A DNA stretch of 64,000 bases from NCBI GenBank assembly GCA_050633245.1, contig JBOEGD010000010.1:157989-221988 (forward strand). Direction: 5' to 3'. Source of the stretch: Calditrichia bacterium. GTDB lineage: Bacteria; Calditrichota; Calditrichia; RBG-13-44-9; J075. The notes beneath the pieces were generated by a model. That model was not told where the DNA came from and did no database searches. It saw nothing but the letters and a program-made list of their open reading frames with translations. This document shows, piece after piece, positions 49,739 through 60,124 of this stretch; position 1 is the stretch's first letter, and the number at the start of each line of letters is the position of its first letter. A program made the translations under genes and the position numbers.

Positions 49739-50728
49739 TTAGCTCTCGGGATCATCGTTGTCGGCTTCTCCGGCAATGCTGTCTCGCATGGATGTATCGG
49801 ACTCAATATTCTTCACATTATAATAATCGAATACACCAAGCTGACCGGCTTCGAAGGCTTTAGAGATAGCCAGTGGAACCTGCGCTTCAGACTCAACCAC
49901 TTTCGCGCGCATTTCCTGAACCTTTGCTTTCATTTCCTGCTCTTCGGCAACAGCCATTGCACGACGAGTTTCAGCCTTCGCCTGAGCAACCTTAAGATCG
50001 GCCTCAGCCTGATCGGCCTGTAGGAAAGCACCAATGTTTTTACCAACATCTACGTCAGCAATGTCAATTGAGAGAATTTCAAATGCTGTTCCGGAGTCCA
50101 AACCGCGACTAAGTACGATTTTGGAAATATTGTCCGGATTCTCCAGCACAACTGCATAGGTTTGGGCTGAGCCAATTGCGGAAACAATGCCTTCACCTAC
50201 ACGGGCAATAATGGTTTCCTCAGTAGCTCCACCCACCAGGCGTTCGATATTTGCACGCACAGTTACAAGTGCTTTGGCCTGAAGCTGAATGCCGTCCTTT
50301 GCTACCGCGGCAATCTTGCCTTCTTTTGGACAATCAATGACCTTAGGATAAACGCTGGTCTGCACGGCATCGAGTACGTTTCGTCCGGCAAGGTCAATTG
50401 CAGTAGCACGCTGAAATGGCAAGGGAATTCCGGCTTTGTCTGCGGCGATCATTGCATTTACTACCCGCGTTACATTTCCACCGGCCAGATAGTGCGTTTC
50501 CAGGTCATTTGTATTGATCTGCAAACCGGCTTTCTGAGAATTAATCAGGCCGTTAACAATTAAACTTGGGGGAATCTTACGCAGGCGCATCCCCACCAGG
50601 CTGAAAAGGCTCACTTTAACACGAGAGGCAATAGCGGTAATCCACAGTTGAACTGGAATAAAATAGAGAAAGAGTACGATAAATATAAGCAGCCCAAACA
50701 GGCTCAATAAACTAAAAACTTCTGGCAT
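49739..50728 (-). CDS. floA: Flotillin-like protein FloA (YqfA)
   Basis: [35 protein letters not shown] and [17 protein letters not shown]. Confidence 0.95.
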   Translation of the reverse strand: MPEVFSLLSLFGLLIFIVLFLYFIPVQLWITAIASRVKVSLFSLVGMRLRKIPPSLIVNGLINSQKAGLQINTNDLETHYLAGGNVTRVVNAMIAADKAGIPLPFQRATAIDLAGRNVLDAVQTSVYPKVIDCPKEGKIAAVAKDGIQLQAKALVTVRANIERLVGGATEETIIARVGEGIVSAIGSAQTYAVVLENPDNISKIVLSRGLDSGTAFEILSIDIADVDVGKNIGAFLQADQAEADLKVAQAKAETRRAMAVAEEQEMKAKVQEMRAKVVESEAQVPLAISKAFEAGQLGVFDYYNVKNIESDTSMRDSIAGEADNDDPES

Positions 50729-50833
50729 GTATTCCTCCGGAGAGTATAATTATTGATTAACGTATTCTATTTATTCGTATAAACTATATTATTTTTAATG
50801 TTCTACTAATAAACAACTGTTCTAAACCGCCAC

Positions 50834-51027
50834 AAGTCCAAAACAATCAGGTATTAGATTGCAACGGCGTCTGAACATGCTTCAGTACATCCTTACCAGG
50901 AAGATTTAATCTGCAGCTTCGTTAAACGAGAGATCGATCTCGGCTGACTTCGCAGCAATTAAGGCATTAACCGTAACAGGGATGTTCCCCCCGCGCCAGA
51001 TAATGATTTTCTAATTAACTGGCCCTT
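50834..51027 (-). ncRNA. Candidate 6S RNA-like rod-shaped ncRNA (~190 nt)
   Basis: Nested complementary blocks spanning the whole interval. Extended -10 TGgTATTCT immediately upstream on the minus strand. Confidence 0.55.
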
Positions 51028-51104
51028 AAAAGAATACCAGCATTTTATGCCAGGATCATGTAATTCACAATTAATGAAGGCGGTGTTTTGCGCAATCGCA
51101 TTCC

Positions 51105-52439
51105 CTAGGTTTTTGAGGAATTATTACTTGATGCAGAACGTACCGTCAAGCGATATCCCTCAACGCTGATAATTTCTACATTTTCATTCGCTTCAATAAA
51201 ACCACCCTCGGAAACAATATCCAGGCGTCTATTGTCGAATACACCTACTCCGGCGGGTCGCAATGGGGTTGCAGTGACACCCACTTTTCCAAGATAGCCA
51301 CTGTAATCATCCGAAGATGTAAAACCGTCTTCTGCCCGAAATTCCGGGGCAAGTGCAATACGATCCCAAAAGGTGCTTCTCACTCCCATCTTATAGAGAA
51401 CAACCATTCCCAAAATGGTCAGCAATAAAACAATGGTCAATCGAGTGGCAGCACTGCTCAAATCTACAGAAGAAACCGTTTCAAACGATCCGATAAGACT
51501 GAGGAAAGCCGCTACAATTATAAAGGTTACACCCAGTATTCCCGCGACTCCAAAACCGGGCAATATCAAAAGTTCAACCAAGAGCAGCAGCACACCCACA
51601 ATGAATAGCAGAATCTCCCATGAGGTGGCGAGTTGAATAATGTAATGGCTGCCAAAGAACAGAATCAGGCCAAGAAGCGCCATACTACCTGCAACACCCC
51701 ACCCCGGTGTTTGTAATTCAAAAAAGATTCCGGCAAAAATCATCATTAACAGTATAGAGCTTATCACCGGGCCGGTAAGAAAGCGAATAAATTTTTCACC
51801 GAAGGTCGTTTCGTTGTATACAATATTTGCACCTCCCAGTCCCACGCTATCGAGAAAGGCTTCTATGCTTGGAGCGCTAATCTCGGCCATTTCATATTTT
51901 ATGGCATCTTCAGATGTAAGTGTAATCAGCTTACCCTTTTCGATAAGGCCTTCGATCTCGATATCCTCATCGACCATTGCCTCGGCTATCTCGCGATTGC
52001 GGCCTTTGCTCTCGGCGGTGGCACCCATTTCAGCACGGAAATATGACTGTGCTTTCTCGGCTTGTTTCTGCCCTTCGCCGTCTACCACAGTCGCTGCCCC
52101 CATAGAGCTTCCGGGCGCCATACCAATTGTATCACAGGAAAGACTAATAAGAGCACCAGCACTAATCGCGCGCTTATTGACATAGGCATAAGTCGGAAGA
52201 TTCGAATTCAACAACAGATCTTTTATTTGTGTAGCGGCATCAACCCGCCCTCCGAAGGTATTCACCTCGAGCAGGATAGCCTTGGCATTATTCGCCTCGG
52301 CATCTTCGATAACCCGCTCAATATATGGCGGTAAACCAAGATCAATCATTCCGGAAATATCAATATGATAAACCTGGCCAAACACTGAGCTGGTCGCAGG
52401 AATTAACAACAATAACAACTTTAGCAAGAGTGACTTCAT
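51105..52439 (-). CDS. nfeD: NfeD family membrane-bound ClpP-class serine protease (YqeZ-like)
   Basis: NTFGGRVDAA, AISAGALI, ELQTPG.GVAG and C-terminal TPLRPAG OB-fold. Confidence 0.92.
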   Translation of the reverse strand: MKSLLLKLLLLLIPATSSVFGQVYHIDISGMIDLGLPPYIERVIEDAEANNAKAILLEVNTFGGRVDAATQIKDLLLNSNLPTYAYVNKRAISAGALISLSCDTIGMAPGSSMGAATVVDGEGQKQAEKAQSYFRAEMGATAESKGRNREIAEAMVDEDIEIEGLIEKGKLITLTSEDAIKYEMAEISAPSIEAFLDSVGLGGANIVYNETTFGEKFIRFLTGPVISSILLMMIFAGIFFELQTPGWGVAGSMALLGLILFFGSHYIIQLATSWEILLFIVGVLLLLVELLILPGFGVAGILGVTFIIVAAFLSLIGSFETVSSVDLSSAATRLTIVLLLTILGMVVLYKMGVRSTFWDRIALAPEFRAEDGFTSSDDYSGYLGKVGVTATPLRPAGVGVFDNRRLDIVSEGGFIEANENVEIISVEGYRLTVRSASSNNSSKT

Positions 52440-52744
52440 GCATGACTCCTATTTTTAAAAATATATCTAAATTCGCTGGTTTATTCAACATAAAAGCGTT
52501 AATGATATTGGGGAAATGAATAACGATTGCATGTGCCATTTACGACGATACGAACCGCAAAGATCAGCAATCGTTTTTTCTGAGCTATTGGGGGGATGCT
52601 CAGGCTTTTTCGCTTCAGCGGCAACATCGGGGAAGAAGCGCCGTATTGAAGTCCAGAAGTTGTAAATGATCTTCCTGACTAATCTACAACAATTTCTAGT
52701 CAATAGTTTCATTATTTTCAGAAAGGGACGTATTGGAGACGCCC

Positions 52745-53650
52745 ATGAATGCTCTTGATGTCGAGCAGATTGTAAAGCGATACGACAAGTTCACCGCAGT
52801 CGATAAAATATCCTTCCATATTACTGAAGGCAGTATGTTTGGCTTACTTGGTCCGAACGGTGCCGGAAAAAGCACCACAATGCGCATGATTATGAACATC
52901 ATTCGCCCCGATGAAGGCGCGATTCGCTTATTTGGTGAGGGGTTTCGGGAAAACAGCAAAAACATTGTCGGTTATCTGCCGGAGGAACGCGGACTTTATC
53001 AGAAGATGAAAATTATTGATGTCCTGCAGTTTCTTGGTGAAATGAAGGGCCTTAGCTCAAGCGATGCTAAATCTCGTAGTCTCAACTGGCTGGAACGCTT
53101 TGGAATGTCCGACCGAGCAGACCGCAAAGTAGAAGAGCTTTCGAAAGGCCTCCAGCAAAATGTGCAGTTCATCAGCACCGTATTGCACCGGCCCAAACTT
53201 CTGATTGTGGACGAACCCTTTTCCGGCCTCGATCCGGTGAATAGCCAATTTTTAAAAGACACACTGCTTCAGTTAAAAAAAGAAGGCACTACCATTATTC
53301 TCTCTACCCACTTAATGGATCAGGCAGAACGCCTGTGCGATACCATTTGCTTGATAAACGGTGGAAAGATTGTTGTCTCAGGAGAACTTTCCGGTATTAA
53401 GCGGGCACACAGCAGCAACTCCGTTGTTTTGGAGTATAGCGGCGACGGCGATTTTATCAAGTCCTTACCATACGTTGCCGGCATCGATAATTACGGCAAT
53501 TATATGGAGGTGCACCTTAGCGGAGACAGCAAACCACAGCAGCTCTTTAAAGAGCTGGCGCAATCTCCTCTTGAGATAAGCCGCTTTGAGGCAGCAGAAA
53601 CATCGCTCAACGAAATTTTTATTAAGCTGGTAGGAGGAAAGCGATCGTGA
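52745..53650 (+). CDS. ABC exporter ATP-binding protein (YhaQ/NatA-like)
   Basis: GPNGAGKST, YLPEERGLY, LSKG and DEPFSGLDP. Confidence 0.93.
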   Translation: MNALDVEQIVKRYDKFTAVDKISFHITEGSMFGLLGPNGAGKSTTMRMIMNIIRPDEGAIRLFGEGFRENSKNIVGYLPEERGLYQKMKIIDVLQFLGEMKGLSSSDAKSRSLNWLERFGMSDRADRKVEELSKGLQQNVQFISTVLHRPKLLIVDEPFSGLDPVNSQFLKDTLLQLKKEGTTIILSTHLMDQAERLCDTICLINGGKIVVSGELSGIKRAHSSNSVVLEYSGDGDFIKSLPYVAGIDNYGNYMEVHLSGDSKPQQLFKELAQSPLEISRFEAAETSLNEIFIKLVGGKRS

Positions 53651-54906
53651 ATAAGGTATGGAAAATCATAAAGCGGGAATTCCTGGCGCGGGTAACCTCA
53701 AAAGGGTTTATTATCGGCACCGTGCTCGGCCCATTTTTTCTGGCAGCGGTCACGCTCATGCCGGCAATTATCGGCAACTACTCTGAGCCAAACACACAGA
53801 TTATTCAGATAATCGACGAGTCGAGCCTATTTGAAGACCAGCTGACATCTTTATTTAGCGATACGCTTCGAAATGGCTCACCGAGATTTGTATTGCTAAA
53901 CGGCGAGAAGTCTTCATACGACTTAGATCCGGCTCCCTTTCACGACGCGCTGGAAAAAGGCGATGTAAATGTATTGCTGACTATTCCCGCAGATATTCTT
54001 CAGTCGAACCGCATCAACTATTTATCGCAAAGCGTTAGCGATATCGACGTGATACGTTCGGTGCAACAACGCTTTAACGCAGCGATTAACCGCATCCGTC
54101 TGGAAAATGCCGGTTTTGACCCCACTCGAATAGACAGCCTTACCGCCGGCCTTGAGGTAAACACAGTCAAAATATCAAATGGAGAAGAACAGGAAAAAGG
54201 CAGTGGACAGGAGATTTTAACCGTAACGATTTTTCTGATGATTCTCTACGTTACCATTATTTTATATGGACAGATGGTAATGCGCGGTGTATTGGAAGAA
54301 AAAACGTCACGAATTATGGAGGTTCTGCTATCATCAACGAATGCCTTTTCACTGATGCTGGGTAAGTTATTCGGTATAGGGAGCGTGGGACTGTTACAGT
54401 ATGCGATCTGGGTGGTATCGGGCTTAGCTTTGGTTAGCTTCGTTGGTTCGGGCATGATGCTTCCAGCAACATCATTCAGTATAGCCCCGGAAGTTTTCGG
54501 CTATTTCGTGCTCTTTTTTCTGCTGGGGTATTTTAGTTTTTCCGCATTATTCGCGGCGGTAGGCTCGATGTGTTCTACGCAGGAAGACGCACAGGCTCTC
54601 GCAACACCGGTAATTTTTCTAATTGTAATCCCGTTTATCATGTCTCTCTCACTCGGCTTTCAGGATCCGAATGGAAGTCTGACCAAAACCCTGTCACTTC
54701 TCCCCTTTTTCGCCCCCATGTTAATGTTTACACGAATTTTGGTATCTAATCCGACTGGCTGGGAAATAGTCTTATCTGTTGTCATTAACATAGCGACGGT
54801 TCTTTTTCTGACTTGGGTTTGCGCAAGAATTTATCGCGTTGGAATTCTGATGTATGGCAAGCGACCAACAGTGCCTGAAGTTATGCGCTGGATACGGCAG
54901 GGATAA
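53647..54906 (+). CDS. ABC-2 type permease (YhaP/NatB-like)
   Basis: EEKTSRIMEVLLSS and RIYRVGILMYG. Confidence 0.92.
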   Translation: MNKVWKIIKREFLARVTSKGFIIGTVLGPFFLAAVTLMPAIIGNYSEPNTQIIQIIDESSLFEDQLTSLFSDTLRNGSPRFVLLNGEKSSYDLDPAPFHDALEKGDVNVLLTIPADILQSNRINYLSQSVSDIDVIRSVQQRFNAAINRIRLENAGFDPTRIDSLTAGLEVNTVKISNGEEQEKGSGQEILTVTIFLMILYVTIILYGQMVMRGVLEEKTSRIMEVLLSSTNAFSLMLGKLFGIGSVGLLQYAIWVVSGLALVSFVGSGMMLPATSFSIAPEVFGYFVLFFLLGYFSFSALFAAVGSMCSTQEDAQALATPVIFLIVIPFIMSLSLGFQDPNGSLTKTLSLLPFFAPMLMFTRILVSNPTGWEIVLSVVINIATVLFLTWVCARIYRVGILMYGKRPTVPEVMRWIRQG

Positions 54907-54958
54907 TCACGGCGATCCAGACGGTTCATGTGGCTGTATGGAAAAATTGCCGTACAGG

Positions 54959-56572
54959 TTAGATTGCAATTACAAAAGGCTCTTGGGTATCCAGAGGCAG
55001 AATATTCATCAGCTCGTCCAAAAAATCGGGACCGTATTTCACCGCAAAATAGAGGTAACTGAAAACCCGCTCCTGTGGCTTTCCTTCAGGCAGCACACTC
55101 AGCTCAATCTTGGCCAACTGCTTCATCTGAATGTCATTTTTTTGCTCTAAAGAACGCTTCACATTGGCGGTTAGCTTTCCAAAACTATTATTAATACTGC
55201 CCCCTGTTTTGTTGAAGGCGCTTTCCAGCTGCGGATCGGCGGCAAGTATAGAGTCCTTTAATCCACCAATAAGCTCTTGAATCGCAATTCCTGCATCATC
55301 TAATGCTTTGAATATTTCACTGCCACCTCTTTCAATCAGCTCAGCGGAGGCTTTTCCCGGTGTAAGAACACTGTGCATGTCCAGACCAAGTTTATCTACC
55401 ATACGAGCCACCTTTTTCTCGATCAACGATACACGATGACGGGGATATAAAAGCGGCATTTCAATATCCAAACAGCGATAAAGCGCTTCCACCTGCGAGA
55501 AATATGCGATCTCACCGGGCCCGCCAACATAGGCGACCGTCGGCAACAGGAAGTCTTGTAAAACCGGTCTGAGCGCAACATTGGGCGTTAATGCGCCCGG
55601 CTGCAACAGCCGATCTTTCGACATCACGCTGTAAGAATCACCATCTTTAGCAACGAATGTTCCAGTATCTGTAGTGTCTAATCTTAAACGGCGTCCTTCG
55701 TCATTCACATAAAACAGGAGCGTTTGATTATCACGAATGCTAATCTGCGGATCATATCCGGCAGCAATAATATCTGAGCTACGCTGTTTTAAGACTTCAA
55801 TCGTTTCACTATTTTTGGTCAGAGCTTGTTCGTATAGCGGCAGGGCCAGTTCGCCAATTTCCTTTGAAGCAGGGTTAATTAAAACAATCCCCTTGTCACC
55901 AAAAAGACGTAGCATCAGCCGGGCAAACCCGTCTGTATAACTTCCATCGCGATATGCCTGAAAAAACATATCCAGCGCATCTGCCTTGAATTCCGTATCG
56001 AAGAAGTCGTCGGAGACTGTCTCTTTCCACTCAGCCAGCGCAGCATCAATTTGCCTGTTGTCAACGGGCTTACTCTGGTCTGCGGCATTTTCTTTTAGCT
56101 TTAAGTGGCGCATCTCATTGTCTTTTGTGGCGTATTGAACAACACTGATTTCTTCAAAATCGCTGTCGTTCACCTCCAGCCAGAACACCGGCACAAAATG
56201 CTTATCCGGAAAATCCCGCTGCAGCTTCTGGCATAGTTTTAAGACAGATATGGTCTTATAAATTGTGTAGAGCGGCCCGCCAAAGACGCCTGCTTGCTGA
56301 CCAGTAACAACGGCGTACGTATTCGGTTTGGCAAGCGCCTCAATATTTGCAGTTGTCGCTTCGGTACTTGGCCAGCGTGTATGTTGCTCCAGTAAAATAG
56401 CGCTGAGCTTTTCACGAAATGCAGATCCTTCACTGCGCGCTGCTATGGCCTGATCTACTTCAGAGAATGGATTGTAGCGATACCAGCTTCGAACTGTTTC
56501 AAAATTGTTGATAAAATCAGAGGTAGGAGACTTTGTTGTTGAAGACACGGATGGGAGAGAAATGAGTTCCAT
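54959..56572 (-). CDS. bshC: Bacillithiol biosynthesis cysteine-adding enzyme BshC
   Basis: VVTGQQAG.FGGPLY..YK, VPVFW, PNVALRP..QD.LLPT.AYVGGPGEIAY and PQER. Confidence 0.93.
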   Translation of the reverse strand: MELISLPSVSSTTKSPTSDFINNFETVRSWYRYNPFSEVDQAIAARSEGSAFREKLSAILLEQHTRWPSTEATTANIEALAKPNTYAVVTGQQAGVFGGPLYTIYKTISVLKLCQKLQRDFPDKHFVPVFWLEVNDSDFEEISVVQYATKDNEMRHLKLKENAADQSKPVDNRQIDAALAEWKETVSDDFFDTEFKADALDMFFQAYRDGSYTDGFARLMLRLFGDKGIVLINPASKEIGELALPLYEQALTKNSETIEVLKQRSSDIIAAGYDPQISIRDNQTLLFYVNDEGRRLRLDTTDTGTFVAKDGDSYSVMSKDRLLQPGALTPNVALRPVLQDFLLPTVAYVGGPGEIAYFSQVEALYRCLDIEMPLLYPRHRVSLIEKKVARMVDKLGLDMHSVLTPGKASAELIERGGSEIFKALDDAGIAIQELIGGLKDSILAADPQLESAFNKTGGSINNSFGKLTANVKRSLEQKNDIQMKQLAKIELSVLPEGKPQERVFSYLYFAVKYGPDFLDELMNILPLDTQEPFVIAI

Positions 56573-57873
56573 TAAAATTCCAGTTGAAATCGATTGATGT
56601 CTGGCTTTCCGGCATCGAGTAAAACATCCTTGGCGGAAAGCAATCTGTTATCGACCATTAGATTCACAAAGTGCTGTCCGGGTGACAATAAAACATTCAT
56701 TGCCGGAGTAACATATGGCGTCACCTCTCCATTCAGCACAATCGATGCCCCAAACGGGGCTTTCAAAACATCCAGGGTATCGCTGAAAGCCGCTGGTTTA
56801 AGCGAGAAGTTAAGCTTGATGGTTTTGCCTGGCTCAATGCGAATGCGTTCAAACTCGGGCGAGCTTTGCATCCCGTTGGCACGGAGCCGAACTTCGTGCA
56901 GACCCGGACGAACCGGAAATGCGCCAGAGTTTGCCCGTCTGCCAGTTAAGGAATTATCCATATAGATAAACCCCACGCTTCGATTAGAGGAAACATCTAG
57001 GTAGCCCAAATCTCCCACAGCCTGGAGGTGGAACTGAAGACTACTGGCAGAATCCGGCGCTATCAACACTCGTTGAAAAGATGGGTTGCTCAAATAGCCA
57101 TCTTTAATAACTGATATAATATGATAACCAGCTGGTATATCAATCGCACTCTTTTTGGCAGTAAAGGGAACACCATTAATGAAAAGACTATAATCTTCCT
57201 GATTCACCTGAACATTTAGCCTTCCCAGAAGGGAAGAATGTTTCATTTGGAATTGAACCGGCGTGGTTTCGCCATTGGAGGGGGTGACTTTCTGCATTGG
57301 GGGCCAGCTGGAATAACCATCACGATAGACAGAGATATAATAAGTTCCTTTTACCGAAAGACCTTCAATTTGGGCAGGAGTCTGCTTTTTGTGCTCAACA
57401 CCATTTAAGAACACACGGGCACCGGGAACATCAGTTTCAATACTTAATGCCCCAACCTTAGAAGACGAGCGAAGCGGGTTGTAACTCAGGAGATAGAGAA
57501 AGAATATTGCGGCGGCACCGAAGATGGCCAGATTAATAGCCCACGTTAAATATGAAGCGCCCTGTTTATTTTGCTTGCTCTTCTTATTGCCTTTAGATTT
57601 AGATGTCCTGCGGCGCTCCTGGCGTCTCTCGGATTCTTCCTTGGGAAGCCACTCCAGTTCCCCATAGCGGTTTTTGTGCTTTACGAATCCACGCTCACTA
57701 AAATATTTTGCTTCTTCTTCTTCCCTGATCATTTGACGCATCCGCATTTCCATTTGCTCTTGCCGTGAAGATGTTCGATCATCCAAACTTTCTCTAATAC
57801 GTTCTTCACGCTGCTGCAGTCCATCACGGATCTGCTCTCGTAGTTTTTTTTCTTCATCTGGCGTAAGCGCCAT
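56572..57873 (-). CDS. Single-pass membrane protein with cytoplasmic charged N-terminus and PEGA domains
   Basis: One TM, then repeats such as IETDVPGARVFLNG...TP and PG.H.V. Confidence 0.8.
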   Translation of the reverse strand: MALTPDEEKKLREQIRDGLQQREERIRESLDDRTSSRQEQMEMRMRQMIREEEEAKYFSERGFVKHKNRYGELEWLPKEESERRQERRRTSKSKGNKKSKQNKQGASYLTWAINLAIFGAAAIFFLYLLSYNPLRSSSKVGALSIETDVPGARVFLNGVEHKKQTPAQIEGLSVKGTYYISVYRDGYSSWPPMQKVTPSNGETTPVQFQMKHSSLLGRLNVQVNQEDYSLFINGVPFTAKKSAIDIPAGYHIISVIKDGYLSNPSFQRVLIAPDSASSLQFHLQAVGDLGYLDVSSNRSVGFIYMDNSLTGRRANSGAFPVRPGLHEVRLRANGMQSSPEFERIRIEPGKTIKLNFSLKPAAFSDTLDVLKAPFGASIVLNGEVTPYVTPAMNVLLSPGQHFVNLMVDNRLLSAKDVLLDAGKPDINRFQLEF

Positions 57874-58112
57874 ATCTTCAACCTCGCGGTTTCGTGAAAC
57901 AGTTCGCACTGCCCTTTAGCGATACTCAATCTTGACAATCGCTATATTAAGGAATTATCCACCTGAGTGAAATAACTTTTATTTCACAATCGGTCATTTG
58001 CAAAGAATCAATAATGCGTTTATATGCGTTAACAAAGCAGCTAAAATCGCAAAAAACAAAGCACTTATAGAGATATAGTTGCTACTTCTATCAAAAGTAA
58101 TACCCTAATAGT

Positions 58113-58145
58113 ATCAGATTTCTGATGGGTAACCAGTTTTTTGAT
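58113..58145. promoter_or_regulatory. Putative enhancer (UAS): tandem A(T/C)CA-N6-TGAT palindromes
   Basis: ATCAGATTTCTGAT (58113-26) and ACCAGTTTTTTGAT (58132-45). Confidence 0.45.
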
Positions 58146-58208
58146 ATTTATTTTTACAGAATGTTACCGCATAGGCGCTATTATGTGATGCCAAAACGTT
58201 AAAATCAC

Positions 58209-58224
58209 TGGCACCAAATTTGAA
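58209..58224 (+). promoter_or_regulatory. Putative sigma54 -24/-12 promoter
   Basis: TGGCAC-CAAAT-TTGAA (GG-N10-GA, one mismatch to TTGC). Confidence 0.55.
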
Positions 58225-58275
58225 GTTGCTATTGCAGCGGAATAAAACCATGTTTCAATAAACACCGGAGACGCG

Positions 58276-58695
58276 ATGCGAATTAAGAGCATTTTTTTCA
58301 GTTTTATCTTTGTTGTAATGCATGGCTGTAGCAGCAGCTCTGTTTCTCCAGTGCCTGATGAGTTGTATCGGGGAAATTGGGTTCTGTTTAGTTCCCCTCT
58401 TACCGGTTTCCAGAAATCCAATATATTGAATATAAACTTTAAGTCGACTGGAAAGATTTCAGGAAATGGTAGATGCAATTCCTTCGGAGGAGACTTCACT
58501 GCAAACGGCAACCGTATCAACATGTCAATTACCACGATGACCGAAGTGCACTGTGGAGATGAGCAAGCGGCAGAGGACGCTTTTTTCAGAATGCTTGAGG
58601 ATGCGGAATATTATTCAATTGCCGGCGAGTGTCTCATATTTTCTGATTCTCAGCAAGAGGAGCTAGCAATTTTTAAATCAGACGAGATTAATTAA
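58276..58695 (+). CDS. META domain (HslJ-like) lipoprotein
   Basis: Lipobox MHGC, SG.GRCN.F.G.F and T.VHC...E..F...L. Confidence 0.88.
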   Translation: MRIKSIFFSFIFVVMHGCSSSSVSPVPDELYRGNWVLFSSPLTGFQKSNILNINFKSTGKISGNGRCNSFGGDFTANGNRINMSITTMTEVHCGDEQAAEDAFFRMLEDAEYYSIAGECLIFSDSQQEELAIFKSDEIN

Positions 58696-58714
58696 CTGTT
58701 CAAACGAGTAATCG

Positions 58715-60124
58715 GTGACAATAAAGAAACGCATTATATGGGTATTTACCGCAATTACCGCATTGCTGATGATAGCAATTGCACTGGTAAGCTATTTCTC
58801 GATCCGCCAGATTTATCTGACACAGGTTACCGGTGAGACCGCTGTGCTTACCCGGCTGGTCGGCAAACAGCTGGATCAACGTTATTTGCATTATCTCGAT
58901 GATCCGGCGCTCGATCGTGCGCGGCAAATATATGTGGATCAGCTAAAGCATACAATCGATGGTTTAAAACTCAGCAACGCCTTTATCTTCGATGGCGAGC
59001 TGAAAATGGTTCTTCAAACCAACCAACTCAGTGCAGATCAACATCAATTGATATTAAACCGCACCGAGATTGATTTACTGGCTATCGGGGAATCTACCAC
59101 TACCCTGCCCTTTCGAGCCGGCGATGATCTATGGTATCTCTGGGGATTTTTTCGACTCGGAGAAACCCACTGGCTGGGTATTCGTCAAAGTGCCGATCAG
59201 CTGGCTGAAATAGAGTCCCTTGCAACGACCTTCGGATTAATCGGGCTGACGGGCATTCTGTTAACAATGCTATCCGGATGGCTGGTAGCGAGGCATATCG
59301 CCGAGCCAATAGAGCGCTTAATCGGCTTTAGCGCACAATTGGGCAAAGGCTATTTCGATACACCTCTGCCTAAAAACATCCGTGGGGAAATGGCCATTCT
59401 TGCAAACGCCCTCGATAAAATGCGAGACGGATTATCCGCGAACCACCGGGAACGCGAAACCATGCTGGCGCAGATTGCCCATGAAATTCGTAATCCGCTC
59501 GGAGGAATCGAACTTCTGGCAGGCCTGATCCGCGAAGATGGGGACGATGAATATGCCGGTAAGATTCTAAAAGAAGTTTCAACCCTAAAGGGGCTGATAA
59601 CCGCTTATCTCAACTATAGCAGACCACTAAAGGCTGAGCCGATACAAACGAAATTAGCAGAAACGCTCGAAGAAGTTTTTCAGCTTTGCAGTGAAAATGC
59701 TACTCGAAAGGGGCTCTCGCTGGATTATCAGCTCGACGTCGATATGGTTTGGTTCGACGAGAACCATCTTCGACAAATTCTATTGAATCTGGTGAGCAAT
59801 GCAATAGAGGCTTCTGCAAATGGAACTAAGATTTCCGTTACCGCCAAGCATGCTACAGACTATATCCATCTCGTGGTTATGGATGAAGGTCCTGGTATTG
59901 AGCCAAACGAATTGGAACATATATTCGATCCGTTCTATACGACACGGGCAGAGGGAACCGGCTTGGGACTTTCGGTCTGCAAGCGACTCTGTAATGAGAA
60001 CAATGCAGAGATCAGAGCAGATAATCGTCCTTCAGGTGGAGCCCTGTTTATTCTTGAAATTTCCAAAAATGCAGCTGATGTTCAAACAACAAAATCCACT
60101 CATCACTACGCGACCAGCAAATGA
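58715..60124 (+). CDS. Membrane HAMP sensor histidine kinase
   Basis: Two TMs, HAMP, AHEIRNPL, NAIEA, DEGPG and GTGLGL. Confidence 0.93.
   Translation: MTIKKRIIWVFTAITALLMIAIALVSYFSIRQIYLTQVTGETAVLTRLVGKQLDQRYLHYLDDPALDRARQIYVDQLKHTIDGLKLSNAFIFDGELKMVLQTNQLSADQHQLILNRTEIDLLAIGESTTTLPFRAGDDLWYLWGFFRLGETHWLGIRQSADQLAEIESLATTFGLIGLTGILLTMLSGWLVARHIAEPIERLIGFSAQLGKGYFDTPLPKNIRGEMAILANALDKMRDGLSANHRERETMLAQIAHEIRNPLGGIELLAGLIREDGDDEYAGKILKEVSTLKGLITAYLNYSRPLKAEPIQTKLAETLEEVFQLCSENATRKGLSLDYQLDVDMVWFDENHLRQILLNLVSNAIEASANGTKISVTAKHATDYIHLVVMDEGPGIEPNELEHIFDPFYTTRAEGTGLGLSVCKRLCNENNAEIRADNRPSGGALFILEISKNAADVQTTKSTHHYATSK

Noticed and set aside
51038-51054. TGGCATAAAATGC as a sigma54 promoter
   Set aside because: GG-to-GC spacing is 8 rather than the required 10.
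52523-52538. TGGCACATGCAATCG upstream of nfeD as a sigma54 promoter
   Set aside because: The -24 element matches but the -12 position reads CG, not GC.
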